DNA of 63,694 nucleotides, filler included, from Collodictyon triciliatum (taxonomy: Eukaryota), in assembly GCA_043381765.1 (NCBI GenBank). It is 10 parts of 10 records of this genome, joined end to end, with 100 filler letters (N's around TTAATTAATTAA, not from the genome) between each part and the next. Parts side by side here need not be neighbours in the genome. Positions count along the whole stretch, not along the records: positions 25,532 to 31,819 come from JBHJMP010004582.1; positions 31,920 to 38,199 come from JBHJMP010004583.1; positions 38,300 to 44,577 come from JBHJMP010004584.1; positions 44,678 to 50,950 come from JBHJMP010004585.1; 6 more parts are not named here. One strand, 5' to 3'. Both the position numbers and the translations under genes were made by a program. Under the pieces are notes generated by a model that was not told the origin of the DNA, made no database searches, and saw nothing but the letters and a program-made list of their open reading frames with translations. Position 1 is the first letter of the stretch; the number at the start of each line of letters is the position of its first letter. Positions 25,594-44,764 of this stretch are shown here, piece after piece.

Positions 25594-28355
25594 ACCAGTG
25601 AACATGACAGTTACATTCCTGCGGTCCAGGAATAATTGACCTTGATTACTTGAGTCAGCGACAATTCTCTTTACAACCGCCATGGGGACGAATTTTCCGA
25701 ACGATTGAAGAGCTGTGTCCATTACCTGCATAGCGGAATGATAATAAGCGCCAAGATATTTTTTTTGCACCAGAAAAGTCTCAGGAAAGTTAAATTTATT
25801 CTTCAGAACCTGGAACGACGATTGAATCATTCGAATCTCACGAAGTGTAGAACTGGAGTCACTCTAAAATAAAATGAGAAAAATGTTTTTAAAATATTTT
25901 TAAACCCATTTTAGGAACATAGTAAAAATGATTTTGAGAAACTCAATGTAGTCTAATAACCGAGGTTTTTTTTTCAAAGTTGAGCTTGGAGATGTTTTGC
26001 ATGGCGTCAGCAACAACATTAAGTGGTCTGTTATTGGAAAATTTTAAATTTCAATAGAAACAAATAATCTTTTATATATACCATTTATATGTAAATGGGA
26101 TTCATATTATTATTGAACTACCACCTGCTAATATATGTCGAAACCACCAAAGTTATAATTAGTGTCAAAACGAACAGAGCGGCGGTGAGAGAGGATGATA
26201 GAACAATCATACTATCTACTTTTGCAAAGATATCACTGCGAGGAATCAGAATGACAACTGTCTATTAATTTATGTTAAGGATTAGTTTTCAAACATGAGT
26301 ATATATATGATTCAGTTAACATTATGTAAATATTTATTTGATTATGTACCCATTCTAAGCCCCCTCTAGGATCAACTATAGTGGAAGCAAAAGTGAAATA
26401 TTCTTCATCTCCTTTGTAAATGGAAAACGTTTTTATGCCTTGGATAGCTTCGAAACTTGCATCTGGCAATTTCTTCAGCTTCTGCAGTTTTATTTAATCG
26501 AAATTTATAAGTTGTCATCAATAGTTGATTATATTTATAAAAATACTATATTACATCTGCGGACTTAATCATGAGTTGGTTTTTGGAATCCTTATAATGA
26601 ACCATTTTGACATCTTTATCAAAATTAGGGACTCCCAAAGTATTTGCAATGATTTTTCCATCCTGAGTACATTTTTTAAAAATTAAATTTATAATATCAC
26701 TACAAAGTAAATGAGATTGATATAATTTCCCAAAATTATAAATTTTCATACCTTTTGAAGAACATAACCGTATCCATTATCACTAATTCTTATAGTCTTA
26801 AACTTTGCTTGTATCACACCCAAATTCATACCAATGCAGGCAACCCCAAGAAAAATTTCTTTGTGCAAAAGTAGGGTAAGTTTAAAATCCAAAATATGAA
26901 TTTTTTCTACATAGAAAAAAAAGTGAAAATCCGGTGTAACTAATTATTCTACTTTCACTAATGTCCTCGAAAATAGGCCTGCACGCGGATAAAATCAATA
27001 CACCTCCACCGTTACCGATAGAAAAGTAAACTGGGGACCAAGTTGGAGCCTTCCTGCTTTTGGTTGCTTTGTACCTTTGATAAAAAAAGTATAATAGAGT
27101 TTTTTTGAGTCCGGCAAAATTTCAGAATATATATCATAGAGCTGAAAACATAAGGATTTTACCATGGTCTCAATGTGGCATTGTAAGGGATACTATTCAG
27201 AATAGAAAGCTCATTAAAAGGTGTCATTATTGTTGCTCTAGTCATGTATCCATCTCTTAATTCGTAGTTAGTCTCTGCGTTAGAGCATCCCAAAGACGAA
27301 ATTGGACCTCTATCCTTATAGAATACTATTGAAAGATGTATGAGTTGTGTAGGAATCTTAGAAACTCTTTTTTCTCAAGTTTTGATGCAATAAACAATAC
27401 AATGTGCGCTTCCATCTTCAATTCCGAAGTATGCTTGGGTAAAAATGTCGGATTTCTGTTTTCATTTATAAATTTGTAAACTGGTTTATAATTCTATATC
27501 GTAAAAAACTCTTCCTTTGAATGATAATATATTAAAAACTTCAATCTTTGAATCGAATAAAGGAAATAAATTGTTAAAAACCTCAAGAACACCAAGATTC
27601 ATCTGGCGTGCTGCAAAGTTATCACACTTTACTCCATTTTTATGTAACTCCATTTGAAATAGAGTAAGTTCGAACCCTCTCAGCAATTCGTGAGGAATAT
27701 TGAGAATTGCCTGTATTTCTTGTCTAATGCGCTCCACAGTCTAATTTTTCGTACTTTAAAAAATTTCTCCGACATAATTTGACATATTAATAGAACCTCG
27801 ATTTTACCTGTGTTTGTAATTGATCGGAAACATCATTGACGGACTATATCGTAAAACGCAAAATTTTAATGTTAGCACATCAAAATAATAACTAGGTTAA
27901 TCAATTTATATCAAATTAAATTAAAATTCCAATAACTAATTAATTCCTATACCGAAAAACCAAACGTATACGACGGAACCACGCTCACTAGAGCAACAGA
28001 AACCACAGAAAAAAACGAAAGAAGCAGAATCGAATTGCGCAGAGAAATGGTTCTTCTTATTCCTTTTCTTATTTCCACCTGAATTTAAGCATTTATGTTT
28101 CATTAATATCTACTTGCTGCATGACGTAAATCGAATGATAGCTCCATGAAGTCTTAGCTATAATTAATATATTGAATGAAAACATCTAGTATTCAAGTCA
28201 ATTATGAATGGAACCGCTCTATGTAAGACTAATTCAGTATATAAAATAAGAAATATGACTTCAGCCCAAGCGTTGTTGTTAGAATCCTTTGGACCAGACG
28301 ACTCATCAGACACCAGCGAGATACGCGGCTTGTTTTCTTGGGTGCGTGTGGTCAT
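25594..28355 (-). CDS. Receptor-type class III adenylate/guanylate cyclase (TM, Cache-like extracellular domain, TM, HAMP, start of cyclase), 3'-truncated
   Basis: N-terminal TM (SILLLSFFSVVSVALVSVV), HAMP-like RPLNVVADAMQNISKLNF and LREIRMIQSSFQ|VMDTALQSFGKFVP, then RRNVTVMFT (first strand of the cyclase domain). Confidence 0.8.
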
Positions 28356-30219
28356 TTTTTAAATTTTTTTCTAAATTATGAATGTATGATATTGAGTTAT
28401 TGAAAAATGGTGTTATCGATATTTTATTGCATTATTATAAATACGAGGACGGATAAAAATAATATAATTTTCGAATTATACATTAAATGATTTCATTAAG
28501 TAAATAATTCTTTTGTCCTTTGAGTGGCTTAAATCCATCATATAGAATTGACTAAAGGAAACTCATAAAATGATATTGGAACCACATTTTTTTCGGATAT
28601 TTGTTGAAAATTCGGTCAATTGGTTGAATAATTGGTTGGATAATTGATTGATATAAATATGAACTTATATGCGACTGTATACGAAGAGCTTTATCATATG
28701 TCCATATGTCCCTCGCTTTATGTGCATTGAAAGTTTTTCGTCGTAATAATTTGTATGATATTTTTTGCGCCTATAGTTGTGGTTTTCTGAAGTGTTATAC
28801 AGAGAGTCACACTTGAAATATGATACAATACCCAAAGCCACGGACTCCAGTAACCGATATATTTATATGCTTGCTCTGAGCGCCTAGAAACATCACCAAT
28901 AAATAACCCATAATCACAATATATAGTGCAAAAAATCGTCTTCAATATATTTCGATAGTATTAAGTCTATAATTAAGTTATTTATATTGACGTTTGGCAA
29001 AAAAATAATAAGAGAGTACTGGTTAGGCTATTATTTGAGCTAATAAATAATCGACAATAGCAATAATAGTGACTAATGTATGATATAAAACGCTATTAAC
29101 AGCTGATTTAGCCTCAGCACCAGGGAGAAACCGTTACTTTGAGCAAAGAATTATGCAAGAGTTTGGCGCCAGCTAGCCAATTATTCAGTGATTATTGACC
29201 ACTTTGTTCAATATTCATGAATTCTAATTGAACTCGCGGCAATAACTGTCATTAAAAAAATATAAAATTTATATAATAGTTTTAGGAGAAATTTATTTGC
29301 ACAAAATGGTCTCTGAATAAATGCATTTCTTTGCAAATAATAACGGCGCTTCAAGCTTGCCTCCTTCATTTTTCACCTTTATTTGATTCATAGAGGCTTG
29401 CCTTCTTAAATAATTAATGAATTGATTATGTCTCCCCAAAGATTAGGTTTACCATCGGCACATGATTTTGTGAGGAACAAAATGAAACACTATTAAAATA
29501 AAAGGTTGAGAGAACTAAAAAATCTGGTTGCGAGGAAAATTGTCTCGTCTTATCTTAAGTATTTTCTAAAGTAATCAATGCTTAAAGTCTCATTATTTTG
29601 AAACATTAAGATAGTCAACACTGATGAAGTGGATTGTATGGGAAAAAGACATAAATTAAGAATTATAACAGCAAAACTGGTACAGACTAGAAACTTTGAA
29701 AACTAGACAAGTTTTTTATAATGCTTTCAATCAATGAAAGATGATAGGCGTCACTCTTGGTTTCTAGCCTTCGTTCACACACAATATCTAGTATTGGGTG
29801 CTCTTGAATCGAAAAAAGAAAAAATCTGGGGTTGGCTGCAGAAAGGCAAATCTCTTATTTTTTTTTATTCTTCCTTTCAATTTTGTGCAGGATGGTGGAG
29901 ATGCAGACAAGCGAATCTCTTAATAAAATTGTTTGTATCTCGATTCGAAAACTAGAATAGCTGGTATATATGAAGAGTGCATGCAAATCAATCATGTGAA
30001 AGAACTTTGTTTATGCGCGGTCATGTTATCATTTAAAGTAAAAACAAAAGATGAAAAATGAATAAATTGATGGCAATTGCAAATACGAATATATTCGCTA
30101 GATTATTCTCTTTTCCTACTCTTAATTATTTTTGAGGTGCTTGGTCAACAAGAGAGATGAAACGTGCAACGCGGTAGCAAAAAAATGGGAGACTATTGTG
30201 TTTTTTTTCAGGTGTGTAT

Positions 30220-30288
30220 AAGATTGCTTGAGAAGATGTCCATGAATCGAATAAAGGAAAAAAAGATTGCTTGAGAAGATGTCCATGA
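30220..30288 (+). mobile_element. Family B micro-insertion (ATCGAATAAAGGAAAAA, 17 nt) with perfect 26-bp TSD
   Basis: AAGATTGCTTGAGAAGATGTCCATGA at 30220-30245 and 30263-30288. Confidence 0.8.
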
Positions 30289-31125
30289 CAATCTGTAAAT
30301 TAGATGAGCGACCTGGCTTTTTGCTGCGCGGTGTGGGCTAAATGGCCAAATTTTTGTTTTACGAAATGTGATATTCTCTCTGAATCTAAAATTTATCGAT
30401 CCTTTTTCGGTGTTAAAAAAACCAAATTCGCATCGAGCAAAATAATCAAGAAACTGTGCAGCATAATGTTTTCAGCCTGGTTCATTGCTTCTCGTTCAAT
30501 CAAGCAATTGGAGGATGATTAGCATCTACACGGTGTAATTACTAAATAAAAATATAACTCATATTCCTGTTCACATTATTCTAGAATCGTGGAACAACTT
30601 TAGTTTTCAGTTTTTACAGATCGATGAGTCCACCAAAATCCCTTGTGTTTCACATATTTGAAGGAAATATTAAAAAAAAATTTATTGAGTCTATCATACA
30701 TATATTTTCAGCATATCTTCTCATTTTTGGGGCTCGTAAATAATCATGTTGATTATTTTATATCAAAGAACTTGAAATAAATATTTTATGAGATTTGCAG
30801 GGTTTATATGCCAGGCAACATGTTTTTTTGACAACCGAGGGAATTGTGATGACTTGCGCACATAAACAAAATATATTAATTGATTAAAATATATTCAAAT
30901 CGACGAGGCTGATATTATTCGCGTATATGGGTCTTGATGATTTAATCGATTGTTCTTTTAAAAAACTACTATTATTTTGTTCAATAATCTCCTTTGTGAG
31001 CCATTGATGAGGTTTTTATGGTTTATATCGAAGCTTATTCGGATATTATTAAATATCCACACCTTTTTTTCGTCGATTGTACGATTTTATGGTTAATTGA
31101 GAGCCTGATTTGTTACATGGGCGCA

Positions 31126-31593
31126 TTATTGAGAGAGATGGAGGAGCCACAAAGCAGCGTTTATTATGGGCTCACTTTTTGTGCTAATACTGAATATTTT
31201 TTGTGTGTTTTCAGTTAAAGTCGAGGCGTCTTCAGCACTGTCATAATCAATAGTAAGCTTAGGAGTAAAGACAATATCATGGTAACTAGAAAGGCTAGAA
31301 GGTTCCACAAAAATGGTTTTCTGTGTGTCTTCATGGGTAATCTCGGATGCATTTGCATGAACTGGGATATTTGTGGCAGATTTCGAACAAGAGTAAATAT
31401 TTCTATGGTGTTGTTTGGATTTAAGGTGTTCTTTGCGAGCTTGCTCCGAGAAGCCTTTCCATGTTGGACAATCAGCACACAGAAATACAATCTGATGACG
31501 CTCCGGGTTGAGTTTGCAAATATTTAGATGCAATCGGCGATTTCGTGATGAAGATAGCCTCTTAGTGCAGTAAGGACAGACGGCTTTTTCCAT
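31126..31593 (-). CDS. Two-C2H2-zinc-finger ORF, intronless, possibly the N-terminus of a decayed transposon protein
   Basis: CPYCTKRLSSSRNRRLHLNIC and CADCPTWKGFSEQARKEHLKSKQH; the downstream sequence is stop-riddled. Confidence 0.5.
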   Translation of the reverse strand: MEKAVCPYCTKRLSSSRNRRLHLNICKLNPERHQIVFLCADCPTWKGFSEQARKEHLKSKQHHRNIYSCSKSATNIPVHANASEITHEDTQKTIFVEPSSLSSYHDIVFTPKLTIDYDSAEDASTLTENTQKIFSISTKSEPIINAALWLLHLSQ

Positions 31594-32376
31594 CTTTTCC
31601 TTTTTCCTTTATATGTGAATATGGAAAATTTTTAATTGATTTCATTTTATTTTATGTGTTTTATGTTTTTTATGTTTTTTTATGTTTTTTATGTTTTTTA
31701 TGTTTTTTATGTTTTTTTATGTTTTTTTATGTTTTTTATGTTTTTTTATGTTTTTTTATGTTTTTTATGTTTTTTTATGTTTTTTATGTTTTTTTATGTT
31801 TTTTTATGTTTTTTTATGTNNNNNNNNNNNNNNNNNNNNNNNNNNNNNNNNNNNNNNNNNNNNTTAATTAATTAANNNNNNNNNNNNNNNNNNNNNNNNN
31901 NNNNNNNNNNNNNNNNNNNTTTTTTTCTTTTTTTTTTTTTTCTTTTTTTTCTTTTTTTGCATCTTTTCTTTTCTCTTTTCCAACTGTAACGCAGGGGAGT
32001 GATCGACAGGACTTATGTAGAAATCTATGCCATGTGCGTGGTGCTCTTGGAACAGACTCAGAACAAAAATCCTGCTTCCAAACCTCTGAGCCGGCATTGT
32101 GGCCATTGCTTCTCTGCAAGACAACGGCGTTTCGCACAGAACTTGACCAAGTATTTGACAGTTCTCTTCGTCCACACAGCCTCGGTGGGCCCCTTTTGAT
32201 ACTTTAATAGATGCAAAGACTGTTTGTATGAAATCGTTCTTGCGCTATGGTTTAGTTTATAATATGTTTTTTTGCTTGATATCGCACCATTGGAAACTAT
32301 CCACTTATGTTACATCGGAGTACGCAGAGCACAAATACGCTCCAACTGTTTGTTGTATTACCGGGTAGTGGTACTT

Positions 32377-35300
32377 TATTCACGCAGCAGGGCTTCTTGC
32401 GAGTGCTGGGCTTCTTTGTATATATTTATGCTTGTCTCTTGTCCATCGCAGATTGTGCGGGGAGAATCCCGCAACAACATTTTCATCGTATTAGCCCACC
32501 CAGAAAAGAAAAGAAAAGAAGAAACCCCCATAGCATACTCAACCCAAGTTAGTATCGTTTCGTATCGTATCGTGGAGCACTTTATATTAACTTGTGTTGC
32601 GACTCTGGCACCAAGGGTTGTGATGACCCCAGATGGTATTTCTTTTCACTCAACTCAACCATCACCTTTGACAATTGATCCTAATTCATAGAGAAAATAT
32701 TAGTAATTGTAGTCTTTTTTTAAAAAAAAAAAAATTCAGAAGGTTCATTTCTAATTACTCAGCAATTTATGTATATTATCAAATATCAACTGCATGCGCC
32801 AATATGGCTGCTATGGGTTATAGAAATATGGACAATTAATTTTTCATTTCCAAAAAAAAATATTGTATATAGAAAACCTCTAATTTTCGATTTAACTCTC
32901 TTATAACCCGATACTTCTCCTCAGTGACACGAATCTTAGTCTCACACATAAAATGGGCTTTTTCCACTAACAGGCGTGCCTCGTTCACTTGTGCATCTTT
33001 GTAGGCAACGTCCTTTTCCAGTGTTGCTATTTCTGCTTGAAGCTTTGGGATATCCCCCAGCGCAAGTCTAGTTCAATCAAACAGATATTCGTGCAAAGGA
33101 ATTTATGATTACTTAGAGAAGGAATTATACATCGAATATATTTTGCTACCAAACTAGTAAATGCATAGGAATAAATAAATAAAGAAACAAACAAACAAAC
33201 AAACAAACATTTGTTTATCCAAGGAAGCCTTTAATTTTATTTGTAATCCCATGGCTATGTTATATTTCCCCTTCCACTCCTCCTCGCTTCTTTGGACATT
33301 TTGAAGCAAGTTACTCAATACTTGAATTTGCTGCAACCTACGTGAATAATTTTTCTCTTTTCAAAAAATAAAAAAAACAAAGGAAGGAAGGAAGGAAGGA
33401 ATTCTATGGCTCGATTATAAACGAAACAAAATATGAATACATTTGCAGGGAACGGTCTTCAATTTGAGCAGATGGAGGGATTCTAGCTATTGCTTCATCG
33501 AGTCTGGCTTGCAATTGAAGATTTCTATTGTACCGATTTTGTAATAAATATTAAATTTGTCGGGTCAAGTATTTAGTTTGGTCATTTGATTTTGATTTTG
33601 ATATTGATATTGATATTGATATTGATTTTGATATTGATTTTGATTTTGATTTTGATATTGATTTTGATATTGATTTTGATATTGATTTTGATATTGATTT
33701 TGATTTTGATATTGATATTGATATTGATATTGATATTTCTTTTCCATTCGGGTCTATGTAGCGAAAACATACGCATTTGCCTTTTCGTTTAGTTTGTGCT
33801 TGCATATTTCTAATTCTCTCTGTGTTAATCAAATCGGGATGTATTAACATTAGTGCTTGTCTGGTTTAACATGTTTACATGTCAATTATATGTGACCCAC
33901 CCTTGTCAGCTCATATTCCTCGCTCATCAAAATGTTATGTTCGCTGAGCATTTGCCTGTCAGATGTCAGTTTTGATATTTTCAACTGTAGCTCGGTCTGT
34001 AGATATTCCGGTTGTATGGTTTAGTGAGAGGACATAACTATTAAACCATCGTATCCGTAGCTTATTTGAAACTGTGTAATTGGCGTGTGATAATGTGATC
34101 TTCAAGACCTTATAATTATCTAGGATAAATATAATTAACCTCCCATTTTGCTTGTCTCTCTTTGTACTCTTTGAATTCCTGGCGTGTGGAATCAATCGTC
34201 GATTGAAGTGACTTGATTTTTGCGTGTTGGATTTGAAGCTTACTTAGCTAAATTAAAGATATTGTAAAGAGTTTTAGAGAGCGTAGTGGTAAGATATGTT
34301 TGTTTGTTTTTTTCAGCAGTTTACTTTTGAAAAAAAAAAGCATATAATGGTTACCAGATTGTCCAATTGTGATTGACTTTCAACATGCTGAATAGATTTC
34401 TTATGCAACTCTCTATAATACAATAGCAAATCAACAAGAATTATTACATGTCCTTTCTGCATTGAAATACATGCGTTGTAGAAAGACCTTATGAAATCAT
34501 TCTGATGTCTTTGGAGGAACCTCAGGTACAAAAGTTCGTTTCGAAGAATCAAAATATCTCTTTGCAAGGCAGACACATTCTTTGATAATCGATTGCTGGC
34601 TAAAAAAGAATATGCTCCTGGGTCCTGTGAATCACAAAGGTGTTGTGCTTATAATCCCAAAGTTCAGTCATTCAGTACAAATATAAAAATCATTTAAAAA
34701 TGAAAAATTGGATTTTGCGTACTTGGATTTCAGAGTTTGGAAGTATGATAAATTCTTTCTCGATTGATTGTTGTACTGATATAATTGACTGTAAAAACTC
34801 TGTTAAATATGTTCAAGAAAACGGTTTAGTTGACGAAAAGCGAGCACTTTAAATGAGTATTTTGAGGGGAAAATCAACCTGGGTCAGGTTCGTTCAATTG
34901 GGCTATATTCGACTCTTGTAGAGTATTCTCTGAAAACAACAGAGACTGCTTCAAGAAGGATGAATACTGGGCATCGAAGGAAGACATTTGATTTGAGGAG
35001 GTACCGGCTAGGGTACTCGTCTTTGGTGAGGAGATAGTATCATCCAGCTGATTGTGACAATGAGTGAGACTTTTGTTTTTTTTGCTTTTTGTTCTCTTCA
35101 CTTTTAATGGACGTTAGAGAAATTTCATATTATCAATATATAAGCTCACTCTTTAGTACTTAAAAATATTACAAGTCTTGATGAAATAGCAATAAGATAT
35201 TCTTTTTTTAAAAAAAAAAACCTCTAATATAGACATCCCTAAAGTACTCTTGAATGAGGATTCTAATTGGAAAAAAATCGTATTGTTCTTTGTTATATTG

Positions 35301-37949
35301 GCAAAGCATTACATTCAATTAGACCTAGACATTTGCTGTTTAACAAAAAAAAAAAAGTGATGGTTTGTAATATAAATACCGAATACTTACTTCTTTGGTG
35401 AACAATAGGTTCAGTTGATGCCTATGCAATAAAATAATAAGAATAATACCCGTGTGTATAGAGACCAAAGAAGTTAGAATGTTGCATATGATCAGAATAC
35501 AAAGAATAAAAAAATATATTTATAAGAGTTCAAATTTTTTAAAAAAAAATAATAATAAATGGATAATTACATTTATCGGACCATCGGCGGAACATTCTTC
35601 GTATAATTTGGCCAAGTTCATGCCTCTCCATGATTCCGACTCGATCTCACTTTCCGGCGAGGTCATTAAACCATTTCGGAACGGCATTCTCACCAGTGCG
35701 TCCTGTTCAAGAGAGTATGTTGATAAGAATTGACGCAATAAATATTCATTTTTAAATACTTAAGCCCCCCCCCCCCCTTCTTTTTTTTTCTTTTTTCTTT
35801 TTCTTTCTGGGAGAAAATAAAAGAAGCATATTTTAAAAAGGAGTCTAATATCTATTTTGAACCTGAATAAATACGTGGACTCGCTTTTCAGGGCTACTTT
35901 CTGTCCTCACTTTTTGTAAAAAGCTCGAAGGAAATACTGAATACAGGATACGGACAAAAACTTTCGTACGGAATTGTAGCTCAGTCACGCCAGGTTCTAT
36001 TTATCACTCAGTTAAAATGGGTCTGACTGATTGGAAAAATTGATGCATAGAATGAATTTAAAGAATTACTGTACCCATAGTTAGGTATTTTTTATGACAG
36101 GCTTACTTTTCTTTAAAAAAAAAAAAAATAAGTAGACGAAGAAAAAGGAATATATAAGACCTATGATTCCTTCTTTGGGCTCCTGTTGATCCGCTACTGA
36201 CGCACGAATGCCCCTGTAGCATATGTTGAATAGCTCCGAAAGATGTGACTTTACAGAGCCTGATATCTCTGGAATTAACATCGACAATAAAAAGATTCCT
36301 TGTGTCATGACTGGGGTTTCGTCGAAATTCTATCATGGCCGCAAAAAAATAACGATAAATATTAACCCGCATGAGATATTCTGATGCCTGATGTGTATAA
36401 AGGAAAAAGTTTCGCTGTTTTTCTTGAATTGGTTTTAACATCAGGTATCCTGTTTTATTTTATTCTTTCCGAATAAATGTTATTGATGAGAACGAATTTA
36501 CCAAGCAAGTAGATATTATTGCTGCAAGCAGTGGTGTTGAAGCCATTTGGCGTATATGGGGTATCTGGGTGTAAAATAATCAGATCAAAAATCATCATGT
36601 TGCTTATTTATCTACTTATTTATTAGTATTAAGCTGGTAGATGTATGTTATGACTAAGAAAAAAAATCGCTTTTTTCTTTTCGTCCATAATGATTTACTG
36701 GGCGCAAATATCACGAAGCTAAAGCTATGAATGAAAACTTATTTTACGGGAACCTGGTATTGCATCATGAAAGTCAGCATCTCCAGGACTGGATAGTTGG
36801 TTGCTGCTTTATTGAGATACTCTGAAACCACGATGAAAAAGTTCTATTCAAACGATATTAAATATAATTGCGACCATAAGATCCAAGTAAAGAAATATTG
36901 AAATAGAATTTTGAGTGATTGCTGGATCAACTCACCTTTGGCTGTAGCTCCATCAAGCACTGTAAAGCTTGAAACATATCTTTTGATGAATTCAAAAAGT
37001 AATATGACAGCATTTTTTGACAAAAGACAAAATCATCTGATAGTAGCTCTTTAATGATCTCGATAGATACCTTGATTTTTGAATGGTTTAAGAAGTGGAT
37101 GTATTTTTTTAATAAAACAATGACAAAAATTGGTATAATTGAGTATTTCATGGATTTTACGTTCCATTGTACGTTTATGTGTAATTGTATGTGTAATTGT
37201 ATGTGTAATTGTATGTGTAATTGTATGTGTAATTGTATGTGTAATTGTATGTGTAATTGTATGTGTAATTGTATGTATATGTATGAGCATACCTGTTTAG
37301 TTTCCAAATCCGAGGAACAGCATCCTTGAACAACAAAAGTATAGAACGATTCGATTCTTTCTGTAGTTCCCTTCTTGTTAAATAATAACCGAATCACTTG
37401 TAGAAGGACCTAATGGCACAAATAGAAAGTAGGGGCTTAGAAAAATGTATATTGTGTGATTACTTTTAGATAGAATGTGTGTTTATGATTATTTGTGTAA
37501 TTAATATAGCAATATTATTTTTTTTGAAAAAATGATAAAATTGTCACTCAAATGGTTATTACTCAATGCCTTTTTGATATAGTATGGAGTATATCCTGAT
37601 ATGCCATGATGTTATACTTTTAATTGGTGATTCTGCAATGTATCAGTCGCTATTTTGTGCAATGCAAGCTTCTCCACAACGTGATTTGTCGATGATACGG
37701 CTAGTGATTCTATCGCTCGCAGTAACTCCGGGTTAATCCTAGTTCACATACAAAGAAACATGCATATATTTAGAGCAACCGGAGAGGGCATCCGTAGCAA
37801 TGGGTTGTTGTTTGGAAACAAATCTTGTGGAAAAAACTGGTGCACATTGATCGTGGCGATAGCCAAAGTGAAAGCGAGAATCGTTGTGACGGAATATACC
37901 GTCCTTCTCGAACGCAGTCCACTATGATCTTTGTAGCCTTTTCAGACAT
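32377..37949 (-). CDS. TSC1: TSC1/hamartin homolog, many exons (3' end approximate)
   Basis: MTQGIFLLSMLIPEISGSVKSHLSELFNIC, FVRILYSVFPSSFLQKVR and LQRDILILRNELLYLRFLQRHQ match recalled hamartin motifs in order, followed by a coiled-coil region. Confidence 0.8.
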
Positions 37950-38516
37950 TGCTTAACCACTTCTCTTCTCTTCCTTTTGCTTGGCTTCGCTTTTCTCTTT
38001 TGCTTTGCTATCCCTGCGGCTTAGAGCTGAGCCAGGTCGTACGTTGTGGAGTAAAGAGTTTTAGTGTTTTTGTTTTTGTTTTTGTTTTTGTTTTTGTTTT
38101 TGTTTTTGTTTTTGTTTTTGTTTTTGTTTTTGTTTTTGTTTTTGTTTTTGTTTTTGTTTTTGTTTTTGTTTTTAGTTTTTAGTTTTATTCTTTTTTATTN
38201 NNNNNNNNNNNNNNNNNNNNNNNNNNNNNNNNNNNNNNNNNNNTTAATTAATTAANNNNNNNNNNNNNNNNNNNNNNNNNNNNNNNNNNNNNNNNNNNNT
38301 AAAACAAAAATAAAACAAAAATAAAACAAAAATAAAACAAAAATAAAACAAAAATAAAACAAAAATAAAACAAAAATAAAACAATAAAACAAAAAAAAAC
38401 AAAAAAAACAAAAAAAAAACTCATAAAAAAACCCATAAAAACTGAAGCTACTCTTCTCTATTCATGAATCTAAATTAGGAGCGACGCCAGTGCCAACCTA
38501 GAGCACAATACAGTAG

Positions 38517-44032
<5,516 letters not shown>

Positions 44033-44677
44033 CTGCGTACCCTGGAAAGGATTAATCTCGGTCTCGGTCTCAACGACAGAGCATCAAAGAAGCAAACACA
44101 CTATGCGGTCCAAGGATTGCGCAAGTGCTCTCTGACGGAATAAAACTCATTCGAGCCAGATTCCCAAACTGATAGAGCTTATGTAAACCCACCAAGAAAT
44201 GAAGGTAAAGGAAAAGATAAAGCGTCAGAATCGGTCATTGCCCCGAGGCTCGATAAGAAAGAAGATAAATTCCAGATTTATATAAATCATCTTAATAATA
44301 CCAAAAGCCGTTGAATTGTAAAAGGCATCTCCAACTAAATTTAAATACCATACATTCTTTCATCGAAAATGGACTGTTTGAGTGAAACTTCAGCACCATC
44401 CAATCAAAGATCAATTCAAACAAAAAAACAAACAAACAAACAAAAAAACAAACAAAAAAACAAACAAAAAAAACAAACAAAAAAACATACAAAAAAACAA
44501 ACAAAAAAACAAACAAAAAAACAAACAAAAAAACAAACAAAAAAACAAACAAAAAAACAAACAAAAAAACAAACAAANNNNNNNNNNNNNNNNNNNNNNN
44601 NNNNNNNNNNNNNNNNNNNNNTTAATTAATTAANNNNNNNNNNNNNNNNNNNNNNNNNNNNNNNNNNNNNNNNNNNN

Positions 44678-44764
<87 letters not shown>

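Noticed and set aside
21183-28355. Adjacent CNG channel and nucleotidyl cyclase as a cAMP/cGMP signalling cluster
   Set aside because: They lie on different scaffolds separated by a linker, so the adjacency is artefactual.
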